From Christensenellaceae bacterium (GTDB taxonomy: Bacteria; Bacillota; Clostridia; Christensenellales; Borkfalkiaceae): DNA of 64,000 nt. Both the position numbers and the translations under genes were made by a program. Shown here in pieces: positions 53,433-63,793 of the stretch. The notes under the pieces were generated by a model. It worked only from the letters and a program-made list of their open reading frames with translations, was not told the origin of the DNA and did not search any database. The DNA is taken from assembly GCA_045648085.1 (NCBI GenBank), contig JAZRNF010000084.1:489-64488 (forward strand), written 5' to 3'. Every line of letters begins with the position of its first letter. Positions within the stretch are counted from its first letter, which is position 1.

Positions 53433-53451
53433 AGTTAAACTTTAAGGCTTT
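53423..53451. terminator. Bidirectional terminator between spoIIID and the TRAP permease gene
   Basis: Perfect 12-bp stem aaagccttaaag / ctttaaggcttt. Confidence 0.75.
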
Positions 53452-53457
53452 GTTCAT

Positions 53458-55614
53458 TTAATTAGAAAGGCTTAGATTTCTTTTTTTAGTAGATAGGTAG
53501 TTGTAAACAGCGATACCAAGTACAACGCCGAAACCAACTAAATCGGTAAGTAAACCTGGAATAATAAGAAGTAAGCCCGCAACTAAGCACGCCAATCTAA
53601 ACGGAACTGGAAGTTTACTAAATATGTGACCTTCTAATGCAGATGCAATTCCAAACATACCAATAACTGACGTAATTATCATTAACACTACTTCGTACCA
53701 ATGTGGGTTGCCAATCAATAAAAGTGATGGGTTATATACGAAAATATAAGGTATTATGAAAGCACCAATCGCAAGTTTAGAAGCGTTAACACCAGTCTTA
53801 AGTGGGTTAGACTTTGCTATTGCAGAGCCCGCGTATGCGGCAAGCGCAACTGGTGGAGTAATGTCGGCAACTATACCGAAATAGAACACGAACATATGCG
53901 CTGCTAAAAGGTCTATTCCCATTTTTGTAAGGATAGGAGCGGTTATCGTTGCCATAATAACGTAGTTAGCCGTAGTAGGAACGCCCATACCTAAAACTAT
54001 ACAACAAAGCATAGTTAAGAAAAGTGCTAATATAAGCGATTTTTGAGCGATAGGAACGATTAAAGTAATAAGTGTTGAGCCAAGACCCGTCATAGCGACA
54101 ACGCCCGAAATAATGCCTGCCATAGCGCAAGCGATAACTACGCCGATTGAGTTGTTTGCACCAGTGTGTAAGCCTGATAAAGTTAACTTAAAGTCTAAAG
54201 GACAGTTAATCTTTAAAATTCTTGTAAACGTAGAGCAAATAATAGCAGTTGCTAAAGCGATAAATAAAGCCCTAGTTGTTGCAGAAGTTTTAAGTACGTT
54301 TGCTAAAACAAAGTAAACTACAATAGGAATTAGCGCAAGGCCTAAACTTATTAAAGATTTACAAATTCTATCTTTTTGTTTAGAGATAAAATTCTCAACA
54401 AAGTCAACGTCAATAATGCTTATAACCATAGCGGTTAAAATAGCAAATGAAGCAGAAAGTGCAGGAGTGTATGAGTTCATACAAATTACAAGCACTACGA
54501 TAGGTGTTAAAAGATAACCCTTTTTCAATATAAGTTTAAAGAAGTTAGGTATAGCGTCTTTAGGTAAGCCTTTAAGACCTAATTTCTTTGCTTCTAAGTG
54601 TACCATTATAAATATGCCGGCAAAGTATAAAACAGCAGGTAATATAGCGCAAATAACGATAGCAGAGTAAGCCATACCTGTAATTTGGCTCATTAAAAAT
54701 GCTGCAGCACCCATAATAGGTGGCATTATTTGACCGCCCGTTGACGCAGCGGCTTCAACTGCGGCTGCAAATTCAGGCTTATAACCCGTCTTTTTCATAA
54801 TTGGAATAGTTATAGAACCAGAGCCTACCGTATTTGCTACTGACGAGCCTGAGTACATACCTTCAAGTGCAGAAGATATAACGGCAACTTTAGCAGGGCC
54901 GCCTGCTGACGAGCCAACTAAAGAGTTTGCTAAGTCAACAAAGAAAGTACCAATGCCAGTCTTTTCTAAGAAAGAGCCAAATATAATAAAAATTATAATA
55001 AAGTTGCAACAAACGGTGACAGGTGTAGAGAATATACCACAGTTCAAGTTGTAATATAAGTTGTATAATAAATTATTTACAACAGTTTTAGGGTTGTTGT
55101 TATATAACCAATAAATTGCATAGGCAATAAAGCAACCTGCAACGACCATAAGTGGAATACCTACACAACGCCTACAAAGTTCAAAAAGCAATATTATACA
55201 TACAATGGCAACTACTATTTGTTCAGTCTCAATAACGCCACCCATATATATAATTTCGTTTTGTTTTACAACGTAATAGATACAACACGCTAAAGATAAA
55301 AAAGCAAAAATTATATCATACCAAGGTATATGGTTTTCCTTGTAAGCATCTTTTTCGCAAGCAGGGTATTTTAAAAAACTTAAAAACATTATAAAACCCA
55401 AAAACAAAGGCAACTTTGTAAATGGCGTCATACCGTCAGACAAAAGTGCTACGGTAATAACGAATATGGAAAATAGAATAAGCAATAAATTGTATCCTAA
55501 CTTGTAATAGCCTGTTAACGTTCTACTTTTACTGTCCTTATCAAATTTTTTAATAAGGTCTTCAGCAGATAATTCTGGGGTATTATTTAAATTTTTACTA
55601 TTTAAATTATTCAT
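53458..55614 (-). CDS. TRAP transporter fused permease (TAXI-type DctQM fusion)
   Basis: 718-aa polytopic protein located directly downstream of a TAXI binding-protein gene. Confidence 0.85.
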   Translation of the reverse strand: MNNLNSKNLNNTPELSAEDLIKKFDKDSKSRTLTGYYKLGYNLLLILFSIFVITVALLSDGMTPFTKLPLFLGFIMFLSFLKYPACEKDAYKENHIPWYDIIFAFLSLACCIYYVVKQNEIIYMGGVIETEQIVVAIVCIILLFELCRRCVGIPLMVVAGCFIAYAIYWLYNNNPKTVVNNLLYNLYYNLNCGIFSTPVTVCCNFIIIFIIFGSFLEKTGIGTFFVDLANSLVGSSAGGPAKVAVISSALEGMYSGSSVANTVGSGSITIPIMKKTGYKPEFAAAVEAAASTGGQIMPPIMGAAAFLMSQITGMAYSAIVICAILPAVLYFAGIFIMVHLEAKKLGLKGLPKDAIPNFFKLILKKGYLLTPIVVLVICMNSYTPALSASFAILTAMVISIIDVDFVENFISKQKDRICKSLISLGLALIPIVVYFVLANVLKTSATTRALFIALATAIICSTFTRILKINCPLDFKLTLSGLHTGANNSIGVVIACAMAGIISGVVAMTGLGSTLITLIVPIAQKSLILALFLTMLCCIVLGMGVPTTANYVIMATITAPILTKMGIDLLAAHMFVFYFGIVADITPPVALAAYAGSAIAKSNPLKTGVNASKLAIGAFIIPYIFVYNPSLLLIGNPHWYEVVLMIITSVIGMFGIASALEGHIFSKLPVPFRLACLVAGLLLIIPGLLTDLVGFGVVLGIAVYNYLSTKKRNLSLSN

Positions 55615-55633
55615 AAAACTCCTTGAGCATTAT

Positions 55634-55657
55634 AAAACGGGGTTTAAACCCCGTTTT
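55634..55657 (-). promoter_or_regulatory. Intercistronic stem-loop (24-nt perfect palindrome) between the SBP and permease genes
   Basis: aaaacggggttt / aaaccccgtttt. Confidence 0.6.
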
Positions 55658-55671
55658 GAATAGAATTTGAA

Positions 55672-56706
55672 TTATTCTTGAATATTAGTAACGGTTAATC
55701 CTTTTTCTTTATAATATTTTGCTGCACCTTTGTGTACAGGAACGTTACCAACGGTAATAAATGCGTTTTCATAATTCATTGTAGATTCAACAGCGTGACC
55801 GATAGAACCTTTTGATTCCCAAAGCGCTTTAGTAATGTTGTAAACTACTTCTTCACTTAAATCATTAGAAACGATATAAGTTGCACTAACACCGATTGTG
55901 TAGATAGGAGCGCTAGCATCAATAAATGAGTATTGAGCGTTTGTTATAGGTTGTTTAGAGTAAACGTCATACTTGTTATCAATTTTGTTGTCAGCGATAA
56001 ATGAATTAATAACGTCGTCAGATAAACCAATCATATAAACTGTTTTAGCAAGAGCAATTTCAGTAATAGAAGTTGCAGGAGCACCAGAAGTGAAGAAGAA
56101 TACGCTAAGTTTGTTTTCTTTCATTTCGTCAGCAGAGTTAGCAACTGAAAGGTTTTTGATTGTAATATCGTTAGAAACGTATTTTTTAGAAGCATCGTCA
56201 AATCTAATGTCAACGCCATATTTTTGTAAAAGGGCAACAGCGTTTGCTTCAACACCTGAACCTACGTCACCGATAGAAACTGCTTTGCCTGAACCTTTAA
56301 GGTCTGCAAGAGATTTGATATTAGCATCGTCAGTAACAATTTGAATAACTTCAGGATATACTTGACCAATTACTGAGAAATTAGTAATTTTGCCAGTAGA
56401 GAAAGAGTTTGTAAGGCCGTTGTAAGCGTTTACCATTGTATCGTTTTGAACGATAGCCATTTTACAGTCGCCTTTGCCGATAGCCTTAAGGTTTGCTACT
56501 GAACCACCAGTATCGCCGATAACTGTGTAGTTATAATCAGTCTTTTCAGCAAGTTGAGTTTTTAAACCGTTAGTGAAAGCGTAATAAGTTCCGCCTGTAC
56601 CACCGGTATAGATAGTGATGTTTTCCTTTTTGTCGCCGCAACCTATCATAGATAAAGCGCCAACGCTCATTACAGCAGTTAAGAGAAATACTAATAATTT
56701 TTTCAT
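55672..56706 (-). CDS. TAXI-family TRAP transporter solute-binding lipoprotein
   Basis: Lipobox MIGC, and TIYTGGTGGTYY typical of the TAXI (NMT1_3) family. Confidence 0.85.
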   Translation of the reverse strand: MKKLLVFLLTAVMSVGALSMIGCGDKKENITIYTGGTGGTYYAFTNGLKTQLAEKTDYNYTVIGDTGGSVANLKAIGKGDCKMAIVQNDTMVNAYNGLTNSFSTGKITNFSVIGQVYPEVIQIVTDDANIKSLADLKGSGKAVSIGDVGSGVEANAVALLQKYGVDIRFDDASKKYVSNDITIKNLSVANSADEMKENKLSVFFFTSGAPATSITEIALAKTVYMIGLSDDVINSFIADNKIDNKYDVYSKQPITNAQYSFIDASAPIYTIGVSATYIVSNDLSEEVVYNITKALWESKGSIGHAVESTMNYENAFITVGNVPVHKGAAKYYKEKGLTVTNIQE

Positions 56707-56787
56707 AAAAAATCTCCTTTTTTTTTATTTATGACTTGATTATATCACAGTATTATGTTATAATCAATAACAAATAATTATATAATA

Positions 56788-56808
56788 GTTATAAATTTTA
56801 TTTATAAC
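56788..56808. promoter_or_regulatory. Candidate LysR-type binding site: GTTATAAA-N5-TTTATAAC
   Basis: Perfect 8-bp inverted repeat in the divergent intergenic region between the LysR gene and the TAXI-TRAP operon. It contains a T-N11-A core. Confidence 0.45.
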
Positions 56809-56823
56809 ATAGAAGGTGCAAAA

Positions 56824-57768
56824 ATGAACGAAAAAGATTATATATACGAAGTGTATAAGGAACGCAGTTTTTCGGTTGCGGCAAAAAACTTATACGTATC
56901 GCAACCTGCGTTATCAGCGTCGGTAAAAAAAGTTGAAAAGGAACTGGGCATTACTATATTTGATAGGTCTACGTCACCAATAACTGTGACGGAAGAAGGC
57001 AGGGTATATATAGACGCAATAGAAAAGTTTAGAAATATTGAAGAAGAAACTAAAACTATACTTTCCGACTTAAATGAATTAAAAAAAGGCAAATTAAGGG
57101 TTAGTGGTGAAAACTTCGTGTCATCATTTATTTTGCCTAAAATTATAATGGAATATACCGAAAAATATCCAGGTATAGATATAGAGATTATAGAGTCTAA
57201 CTCGCCTGACTTACGTCAACTATTACTTAGCGACCATGCCGACCTTTTAATTGCACACGAATTTGACCACAATTTATATTCTAACGTGCCTATTTTAGAA
57301 GAAACTTTACTTTTAGCAGTGCCTGAAAGTTTTGAGGTAAATAAAAAGCATAAAGATTGTCTTTTGACAAGAGATGACATTATAAAGGGAAAGCACCTTG
57401 TTGATAGTTGCCCTAAAATTGACCTTAATATGTTTAAAGACTGTCCTTTCCTTTTACTTAAAAAGGGAAACGATACAAGGCGTAGGGCTGAACTTCTTTT
57501 TAATGAAGCGGGATTTGAGCCAACTGCCGTTAAAATTTACCTTGACCAACTTATTACGTCGTATAATATGATTTGCTTTGGTATGGGCGTAGGCTTTGTA
57601 AACGACGTACTTATTAAAAGTTCACTTCAAACGGGCTCGGTTTATTATAAGTTAAAAGGTAGGGCTTCATATAGAACAATGTCGGTTGGATATAAAAAGA
57701 ACAGGTATTTATCAAAGGCTATGAAAGCGTTTATTGATATTGCCAAAGATATATATAAAGGAAAATAA
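56824..57768 (+). CDS. LysR-family transcriptional regulator
   Basis: N-terminal HTH_1 (FSVAAKNLYVSQPALSASVKKVEKELG) plus a LysR substrate-binding domain. Confidence 0.88.
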   Translation: MNEKDYIYEVYKERSFSVAAKNLYVSQPALSASVKKVEKELGITIFDRSTSPITVTEEGRVYIDAIEKFRNIEEETKTILSDLNELKKGKLRVSGENFVSSFILPKIIMEYTEKYPGIDIEIIESNSPDLRQLLLSDHADLLIAHEFDHNLYSNVPILEETLLLAVPESFEVNKKHKDCLLTRDDIIKGKHLVDSCPKIDLNMFKDCPFLLLKKGNDTRRRAELLFNEAGFEPTAVKIYLDQLITSYNMICFGMGVGFVNDVLIKSSLQTGSVYYKLKGRASYRTMSVGYKKNRYLSKAMKAFIDIAKDIYKGK

Positions 57769-57771
57769 AAA

Positions 57772-57798
57772 AATACTCGGCTATCATAGCCGAGTATT
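57772..57798. terminator. Bidirectional terminator
   Basis: Stem aatactcggct / agccgagtatt. Confidence 0.8.
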
Positions 57799-58029
57799 TT
57801 AGGTTAATTTAAAAATTTCTTCGTACGTTGTTTTTAAAATCATCTTAAATAAAATAATTTCATCAGGGTATAAATGACGTTGCCCAACTTCAATTTTAGC
57901 AAGTGCGCTCCTAGTTATATCACAACCATTTAATTGTAATTGCGTTGCGACGTATTCTTGCGTAAAACCGCGTCCCTCTCGTATTTTTCTTAAATTGTTT
58001 CCTATAATTTTTTCTATTTCTATATTCAT
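57799..58029 (-). CDS. Small XRE/Cro-family HTH protein
   Basis: IGNNLRKIREGRGFTQEYVATQL. I prefer the ATG at 58029 (76 aa). The alternative ATG at 58071 would add 14 aa. The 139-aa ORF-track version is over-extended. Confidence 0.7.
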   Translation of the reverse strand: MNIEIEKIIGNNLRKIREGRGFTQEYVATQLQLNGCDITRSALAKIEVGQRHLYPDEIILFKMILKTTYEEIFKLT

Positions 58030-58064
58030 AATAAATAATTTTGCTCTAATTTGGGTGCAAATGT

Positions 58065-58093
58065 TTGACATTATTATACAATAGTGATAGAAT
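58065..58093 (+). promoter_or_regulatory. Promoter (TTGACA, 17 nt, TAGAAT) of the small membrane protein gene
   Basis: -35 at 58065-58070 and -10 at 58088-58093. Confidence 0.55.
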
Positions 58094-58097
58094 AAGG

Positions 58098-58117
58098 TTG
58101 CACCTATATAAGTGCAA
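58098..58117. promoter_or_regulatory. Candidate operator TTGCAC-N8-GTGCAA, with a third GTGCAA half-site at 58055-58060
   Basis: Perfect 6-bp inverted arms immediately downstream of the -10. The same hexamer recurs 57 nt upstream. Confidence 0.45.
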
Positions 58118-58140
58118 ATATGCAAAAGGAGGAAAATAAA

Positions 58141-58371
58141 ATGAACGATAATAACAATGTAGTACGTTTTTTGCTTACGTTTTTCTTGGGTTGGATTGGT
58201 AGTCTTATTATAAATCACTCTTCATTAAAGCCAAATGGTTTTAGGTCAAGAACAGCGGCGTATTTATTCTTGCCTATGTTAACGTTTGGTATTTACGGTT
58301 TAGTTGCTTCTATTAGCAATTTAGGTTTTGACGTAAATAAAGGTAGCAATATAGGTTATATTAAGGAATAA
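58141..58371 (+). CDS. Small two-TM membrane protein (TM2-domain-like)
   Basis: SD aaaggagg precedes ATG 58141. FLLTFFLGWIGSLIINH and LTFGIYGLVASISNL helices. Confidence 0.6.
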   Translation: MNDNNNVVRFLLTFFLGWIGSLIINHSSLKPNGFRSRTAAYLFLPMLTFGIYGLVASISNLGFDVNKGSNIGYIKE

Positions 58372-58375
58372 AAAA

Positions 58376-58402
58376 AACTGCGATATATTCGCAGTTTTTT
58401 TT
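58376..58402. terminator. Bidirectional terminator
   Basis: Stem aactgcga / tcgcagtt flanked by A- and T-runs. Confidence 0.8.
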
Positions 58403-58412
58403 AATAAAACAA

Positions 58413-59567
58413 TTAAATTTTTCTAAGTCTTATAACGCCGTCAATATTTGCTAAGTGTTCAAGTGCAACGTCGTTAATTTCAGGAATATCTATAAGCGAA
58501 TAAGCGTAATTTCCTTTAGAAGAGTTTACAAAGTTATCAATATTGATATTGTCTTGAGCAAGTATCGTAGTAAATTGCGCAATCATATTTTGTTGATTTA
58601 AGTGCATAATTGCAATTCTATGATTAGACGTTTTAGGAGCAACGCAATTAGGGTAGTTAACGCTATTTTTGATATTGCCGTTTTCAATATAATCAATAAG
58701 TTCTTTTACCGCCATTACCGCACAGTTATCTTCCGCTTCAGGAGTTGACGCACCAAGGTGTGGTATGCAAATAATATTGTCTACGCCAATAATCTCATCG
58801 CTAGGGAAGTCGGTTATATATCTAGAAATTTTACCGCTATTAACACCGTCTAACACCGCTTGGTTGTTTACAAGTTCGCCCCTTGCGCAGTTTATAAGAA
58901 CAACGCCGTCTTTCATAGTTTCAATTTGCTTAAAATCAATCATATTCTTATTAGTAGTTAAATAAGGAACGTGAATTGTAATATAGTCGCAAGTTTTATA
59001 AAGTTCTTCTAAACTATCAGTGACTTCAATATGGCGTGATAAGTGAAGTGCGTTAGCAACTGAAAGATAAGGGTCGTAGCCTAAAACTTCCATACCTAAA
59101 CTAATTGCCGTATTAGCAACTCTTGCACCGATAGCGCCAAGACCGATAACGCCTAATTTTTTGCCGTATATTTCTTGACCTACGAAGTTCTTTTTACCCT
59201 TTTCAACTTGCTTAGAAATATCGGGAGTGCCTTTTAAAGTTTTAACCCAATCAATAGATGAAACAATTTTTCTAGAGCCTAATAAAAGTGCTGAAATTAC
59301 AAGTTCGTTAACGGCGTTAGCGTTAGCACCAGGAGTGTTAAATACTACAACGCCTTTTTTAGCGTAATCGTCAAGTGGAATATTGTTTACGCCTGCACCT
59401 GCTCTTGCAACTGCTAAAACTGAAGATGGAAGGTTGTATTCGTGCATGTCAAAACTTCTAACAAGCACGCCTAATGGTTCGCTAGCATTTTCAGTTAAGT
59501 TATAATTTTTAGTAAGTACGCCGTTTACTTTTTCGCTTATGGCGTTTAATTTTAAAATATCTATCAT
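58413..59567 (-). CDS. serA: D-3-phosphoglycerate dehydrogenase with a C-terminal ACT domain
   Basis: 2-hydroxyacid dehydrogenase NAD motif GVIGLGAIGARVA, and its position next to serC. Confidence 0.85.
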   Translation of the reverse strand: MIDILKLNAISEKVNGVLTKNYNLTENASEPLGVLVRSFDMHEYNLPSSVLAVARAGAGVNNIPLDDYAKKGVVVFNTPGANANAVNELVISALLLGSRKIVSSIDWVKTLKGTPDISKQVEKGKKNFVGQEIYGKKLGVIGLGAIGARVANTAISLGMEVLGYDPYLSVANALHLSRHIEVTDSLEELYKTCDYITIHVPYLTTNKNMIDFKQIETMKDGVVLINCARGELVNNQAVLDGVNSGKISRYITDFPSDEIIGVDNIICIPHLGASTPEAEDNCAVMAVKELIDYIENGNIKNSVNYPNCVAPKTSNHRIAIMHLNQQNMIAQFTTILAQDNINIDNFVNSSKGNYAYSLIDIPEINDVALEHLANIDGVIRLRKI

Positions 59568-59569
59568 AA

Positions 59570-60643
59570 TTATTTATTTTCCAATTCAAATTTTTTCATA
59601 AATTCAATAAGTGCTTTAACGCCGTCAACTGGCATAGCGTTGTAAATGCTAGCACGCATACCGCCTGCTAAACGGTGACCTTTTAAAGAAACTAAGCCGT
59701 TTGCCGTTGCTTCTTTTATAAACTTAGCGTCAAGTTCTTCGCTTGTCGTAACGAAAGGAACGTTCATTATTGAGCGGTCTACTTTATTAACTTTGTTTGT
59801 ATAGAAATCTGAGTTATCTATAAAGTCGTAAAGAAGCGATGCTTTGTATTCGTTTATTTTTTGAATTTCTTCAATACCACCTAATTTCTTAAGGTGTCTA
59901 AACACTAGCATAGCCATATATATAGAAAAACAAGGCGGAGTGTTATATAAACTGTCGTTCTTTGCTTGAATTTCATAGTTGAGCATAGTAGGGCATATTG
60001 GCATTTGCTTACCAAGTAAATCACGCCTTACGATAACGATAGTCACGCCTGCAGGAGCGATATTCTTTTGTGCGCCTGCATAAATTAAACCGTAGTCTTT
60101 AACGTTAATTTTTTCACTTAAAATGTTTGACGACATATCCGCAACGATAGGTGCACTAGTTTTTGGAAGTTTAGTAAATCTAGTACCAAAAATAGTGTTG
60201 TTTGACGTTAAGTGAACGTAAGATGCGTTTTTAGAAAATTCTAAATTATCTAAGTTAGGTATATAAGTATAGTTTTTGTCTTTAGAAGATGCTACGATAT
60301 TAGCCTTACCGTATTTAAGACCTTCTTCTTGCGCTTTAGATGCAAAGTTGCCAGTCACTAAATAGTCGGCTTCGCCAGTGGTCATAAGGTTGAGTGGTAC
60401 TGCTGCAAATTGCTGTGATGCACCGCCTTGAACGAATAAAACGGCATATTCTTCAGGAATGTTTAATAATTCTCTGAGTAATGCGTTTGCTTCGTCATTA
60501 ACAGCCATAAAAGTTTTAGTACGGTGACTCATTTCAGTAATGCTCATACCAGAGCCGTTAAAGTCAAGTAAATCACGTTGTGCTTCTTCAAGTACTTCAA
60601 TTGGAAGAATAGATGGACCTGCCGAAAAATTATATACTCTCAC
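59570..60643 (-). CDS. serC: Phosphoserine aminotransferase
   Basis: YNFSAGPS N-terminus and the AGAQKN PLP-lysine motif. GTG start follows SD aaggaga. Confidence 0.9.
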   Translation of the reverse strand: MRVYNFSAGPSILPIEVLEEAQRDLLDFNGSGMSITEMSHRTKTFMAVNDEANALLRELLNIPEEYAVLFVQGGASQQFAAVPLNLMTTGEADYLVTGNFASKAQEEGLKYGKANIVASSKDKNYTYIPNLDNLEFSKNASYVHLTSNNTIFGTRFTKLPKTSAPIVADMSSNILSEKINVKDYGLIYAGAQKNIAPAGVTIVIVRRDLLGKQMPICPTMLNYEIQAKNDSLYNTPPCFSIYMAMLVFRHLKKLGGIEEIQKINEYKASLLYDFIDNSDFYTNKVNKVDRSIMNVPFVTTSEELDAKFIKEATANGLVSLKGHRLAGGMRASIYNAMPVDGVKALIEFMKKFELENK

Positions 60644-60744
60644 AATAATCTCCTTATCTATTATATAAATATAAAAATTAGTATTTATTATATAACAATG
60701 AAAAATAATTTACAAACGATTTTAATATAAAAATGAATATTTTT

Positions 60745-60780
60745 AAAAATAAAACCCGTTAAAAATTTTTTAACGGGCTA
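60745..60780 (-). terminator. Terminator of the glutamine synthetase gene
   Basis: Palindrome cccgttaaaaaa / ttttttaacggg followed, on the minus strand, by a T-rich run. Confidence 0.7.
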
Positions 60781-60787
60781 AATTTTG

Positions 60788-62869
60788 TTATTTTACGCTA
60801 AAAAGTAATTTTGCGTATGATGGGAAAGGCCAACAGTTTTCATCAGTTAAGCGTTCTGCATCGTCAGCAAATTGGCGTAGGTCTTGCATACATATAAGCA
60901 CCTTTTCTTTGAAGAAGAAAGCCTTGTCCTTAGGATTGTCAAATTGCTTTCTTAACTTTAAAAGTTCGTCAAGTTCACAGGCTTTTAAATATATGTTTTC
61001 ATTAAGACTAGAAAGTTTTTTCGCAATCGCTACGTCGGTTTTACAAGTTGCGCCTAATCCCTTTTTAGCCTTTATAGATTTAGCAAGTTTTCTTATATAA
61101 CTGTTAATAGCAGGGTAGATTTGTTTTTTAGCCATTTCTATCATCGTTAAAGATTCAATTCTTATAACCCTAGAATAGTTTTGATACATAATGTTTTGCC
61201 TTGCCGATAATTCAAGTGAAGATAAAACCTTATGTTTTTCATAGAGAGCAACGTTCTTTTCTAATGATAAAACGTCAATTGCTTCAGGTGTTGACGCTAA
61301 GTTTAAAAGTCCACGCTTTTGTGCTTCTTCAACCCATTCGCTAGAATAGTTATTGCCGTTAAATAATATGCGGTTGTGTTTATTAAACGTATCTACTACT
61401 ATATCGTGAATTGTTCCTTCAATATCTTTAGCATTTTCAAGTTTCTCAGCAAAAATACTTAAACTTTCGGCAACGATTGTATTAAGAACTACGTTGCAGT
61501 CGGCAATAGAATCGCTTGCGCCTACCATTCTAAACTCAAACTTATTACCCGTAAAGGCAAGTGGAGAAGTTCTATTTCTATCCGTAGTATCTTTAGGTAG
61601 TGTAGGTAAAATTTTAGTACCCAACTTGATTTCGCTTTTAACTCTTTTATACGACGAGTTGTTAGAGAATGCCGTTAAAGCATCGTAAAGGTCGTCACCC
61701 AAGTATATAGATATAATAGCAGGTGGTGCTTCGTTAGCACCTAAACGATGGTCGTTGCCTGCGCTTGCTACTGACGAGCGTAATAAATCTTGATAATCGT
61801 CAGTCGCTTTAATAATAGCCGAAATAAATAATAAGAATTGTAAATTTTCGTTAGGGGTTTCACCTGGGTCTAATAAGTTTACGCCAGTATCAGTAGTTAT
61901 AGACCAGTTGTTGTGTTTACCGCTACCGTTTACACCCTTAAACGGCTTTTCAGCAAGAAGACATATAAGGCCGTGTTTATCGGCTATCTTCTTCATAAGT
62001 TCCATAGTTAATTGGTTGTTGTCAGTTGCGACGTTAACCGTTGTAAAAATTGGCGCAAGTTCGTGTTGAGATGGGGCAGCTTCGTTATGTTCAGTCTTTG
62101 CTAAAATGCCAAGTTTCCAAAGTTCATTATTAAGGTCTTCCATAAAGAGTTTTACTCTTGGCTTAATTGCACCGTAATAATGGTCGTCAAGTTCTTGACC
62201 TTTTGGTGGTTTAGCACCGAAAAGAGTTCTGCCCGTAAAGATAATATCTTCACGCTTATTCGCCATTTCTTTATCAATTAAAAAATACTCTTGCTCAGCG
62301 CCAACTGTCACTTTAGTGCTCTTAACGTCTGTATTGCCGATAAGTTTAAGAACTCTTAACACTTGCTTATTAAGTGCTTCGCATGAGCGGAGTAAAGGAG
62401 TTTTCTTATCTAAAGATTCGCCACTATAAGAGAAAAATGCAGTAGGGATATAAAGGGTGTTGTCTTTAACAAAAGCATAAGACGTAGGGTCCCAAGCAGT
62501 ATAGCCACGTGCTTCAAAAGTCGCTCTAGTGCCACCGTTAGGGAAAGACGAAGCGTCGCTTTCGCCCTTTATTAATTCTTTACCACTAAATTCCATAATA
62601 ACAGTACCGTTAGGGGCAGGAGAAATAAAACTATCGTGTTTTTCTGCCGTAATACCCGTCATAGGTTGGAACCAATGCGTAAAGTGGGTTGCACCCTTTG
62701 AAATAGCCCAATTCTTCATTGCGTCGGCAACGGCTTGAGCAACCGTAATGTCAAGGCTTGCGCTTTCTTCAACAGTACGGAGTAAAGAGTCAAATATATT
62801 TTTAGGTAAAGTTTTTTTCATTACCTCTTCATTAAATACGTTTTCAGCAAAAATTTCAGGAATATTCAT
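60788..62869 (-). CDS. glnA: Glutamine synthetase type III
   Basis: 693 aa, with the GSIII N-terminal domain ([19 protein letters not shown]) and a GS catalytic core. Confidence 0.88.
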   Translation of the reverse strand: MNIPEIFAENVFNEEVMKKTLPKNIFDSLLRTVEESASLDITVAQAVADAMKNWAISKGATHFTHWFQPMTGITAEKHDSFISPAPNGTVIMEFSGKELIKGESDASSFPNGGTRATFEARGYTAWDPTSYAFVKDNTLYIPTAFFSYSGESLDKKTPLLRSCEALNKQVLRVLKLIGNTDVKSTKVTVGAEQEYFLIDKEMANKREDIIFTGRTLFGAKPPKGQELDDHYYGAIKPRVKLFMEDLNNELWKLGILAKTEHNEAAPSQHELAPIFTTVNVATDNNQLTMELMKKIADKHGLICLLAEKPFKGVNGSGKHNNWSITTDTGVNLLDPGETPNENLQFLLFISAIIKATDDYQDLLRSSVASAGNDHRLGANEAPPAIISIYLGDDLYDALTAFSNNSSYKRVKSEIKLGTKILPTLPKDTTDRNRTSPLAFTGNKFEFRMVGASDSIADCNVVLNTIVAESLSIFAEKLENAKDIEGTIHDIVVDTFNKHNRILFNGNNYSSEWVEEAQKRGLLNLASTPEAIDVLSLEKNVALYEKHKVLSSLELSARQNIMYQNYSRVIRIESLTMIEMAKKQIYPAINSYIRKLAKSIKAKKGLGATCKTDVAIAKKLSSLNENIYLKACELDELLKLRKQFDNPKDKAFFFKEKVLICMQDLRQFADDAERLTDENCWPFPSYAKLLFSVK

Positions 62870-62906
62870 ATCGTCTCCTAGAACAAAACTATATTTTGTT
62901 AAAAAT

Positions 62907-62935
62907 ATTATAAATAAGTTATTAATTTATGTCAA
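62907..62935 (-). promoter_or_regulatory. Consensus sigma-A promoter (TTGACA, 17 nt, TATAAT) of glnA
   Basis: On the minus strand, -35 is at 62930-62935 and -10 at 62907-62912. Confidence 0.65.
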
Positions 62936-62998
62936 CTATTATTGCTCATATTTACATATATATAGTGTTAAGTTAATTAAAAAGTATTAGTTAGGGCG

Positions 62999-63793
62999 TT
63001 AAGAGTCTTTATTTGATGGCGCATAGCCGAAAAATTTAATATAACTTTTATAAAACGAAGTGTATTCGTTAAAACCGCAAGCAAAGCAGGCTTCAGTGGG
63101 TTTTTTGCCAAGTAGTATCATATTGTTGGCGGCAAGAATTCTCTTTTCGTTTATATATTTTTTAGGGCTAACGTTAAGTTCAGTTTTAAAAATTTTATAT
63201 AAATAAGTTTCAGAAACGTAAAGTTTATCGCTAATTTCACTAACGCTTTTTAAAGTGTACAAGTTGTTGTTTATAATACTAATAGCGTCTTGTAGCAAGT
63301 TGCTTAATTTTGACGTGTCTTCAGGGTAAACCTTTTTAAAAATTTTAAGGTTAAAAAACAACTCTTTAAGTAGGCAAGTAGTAATCTCTATAAAATCGCT
63401 AATATAAAATTGAGAACAGTAGTAGTCCAACCTTTTAAAAATGTCTAAAATTATTTCGTTTCTTGCAACGTTTATAACGTCGGTATCGCCAACTATTTTA
63501 AGAGGGTTAACGTCGCTTAAAATTTCGGTATCAAACGAAATGTTATACCTTTGATACGTTGACGGTGTTAAGTGTTTTAGAGCGTGAGTTTTTCCTGGCC
63601 TTGTAAATATAAGGTCGTACTTTTTTAAATGATAAACTTTATCGTCTACCAAATAATCGGTATTGCCACTAATGTATAAAATAATTTCAAAGTGGGTTTT
63701 GTGGGTGTGGTAAAGCGTAGCCTTATCGTTTGATTCTTGTGAAGTGTTAAAGTTAACTACTACGTCTTTAGTTTGTATAAATTTGTTATTCAT
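62999..63793 (-). CDS. AraC-family transcriptional regulator
   Basis: Cupin N-terminus plus a C-terminal double HTH (ISDKLYVSETYLYKIFK ... GFNEYTSFYKSY). Confidence 0.85.
   Translation of the reverse strand: MNNKFIQTKDVVVNFNTSQESNDKATLYHTHKTHFEIILYISGNTDYLVDDKVYHLKKYDLIFTRPGKTHALKHLTPSTYQRYNISFDTEILSDVNPLKIVGDTDVINVARNEIILDIFKRLDYYCSQFYISDFIEITTCLLKELFFNLKIFKKVYPEDTSKLSNLLQDAISIINNNLYTLKSVSEISDKLYVSETYLYKIFKTELNVSPKKYINEKRILAANNMILLGKKPTEACFACGFNEYTSFYKSYIKFFGYAPSNKDS

Noticed and set aside
57799-58371. Whether the XRE and small membrane protein pair marks a prophage or other mobile element.
   Set aside because: No integrase, recombinase, phage structural genes, att-like repeats or tRNA are nearby, so I did not call a mobile_element. 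The cassette is reported as a finding instead.
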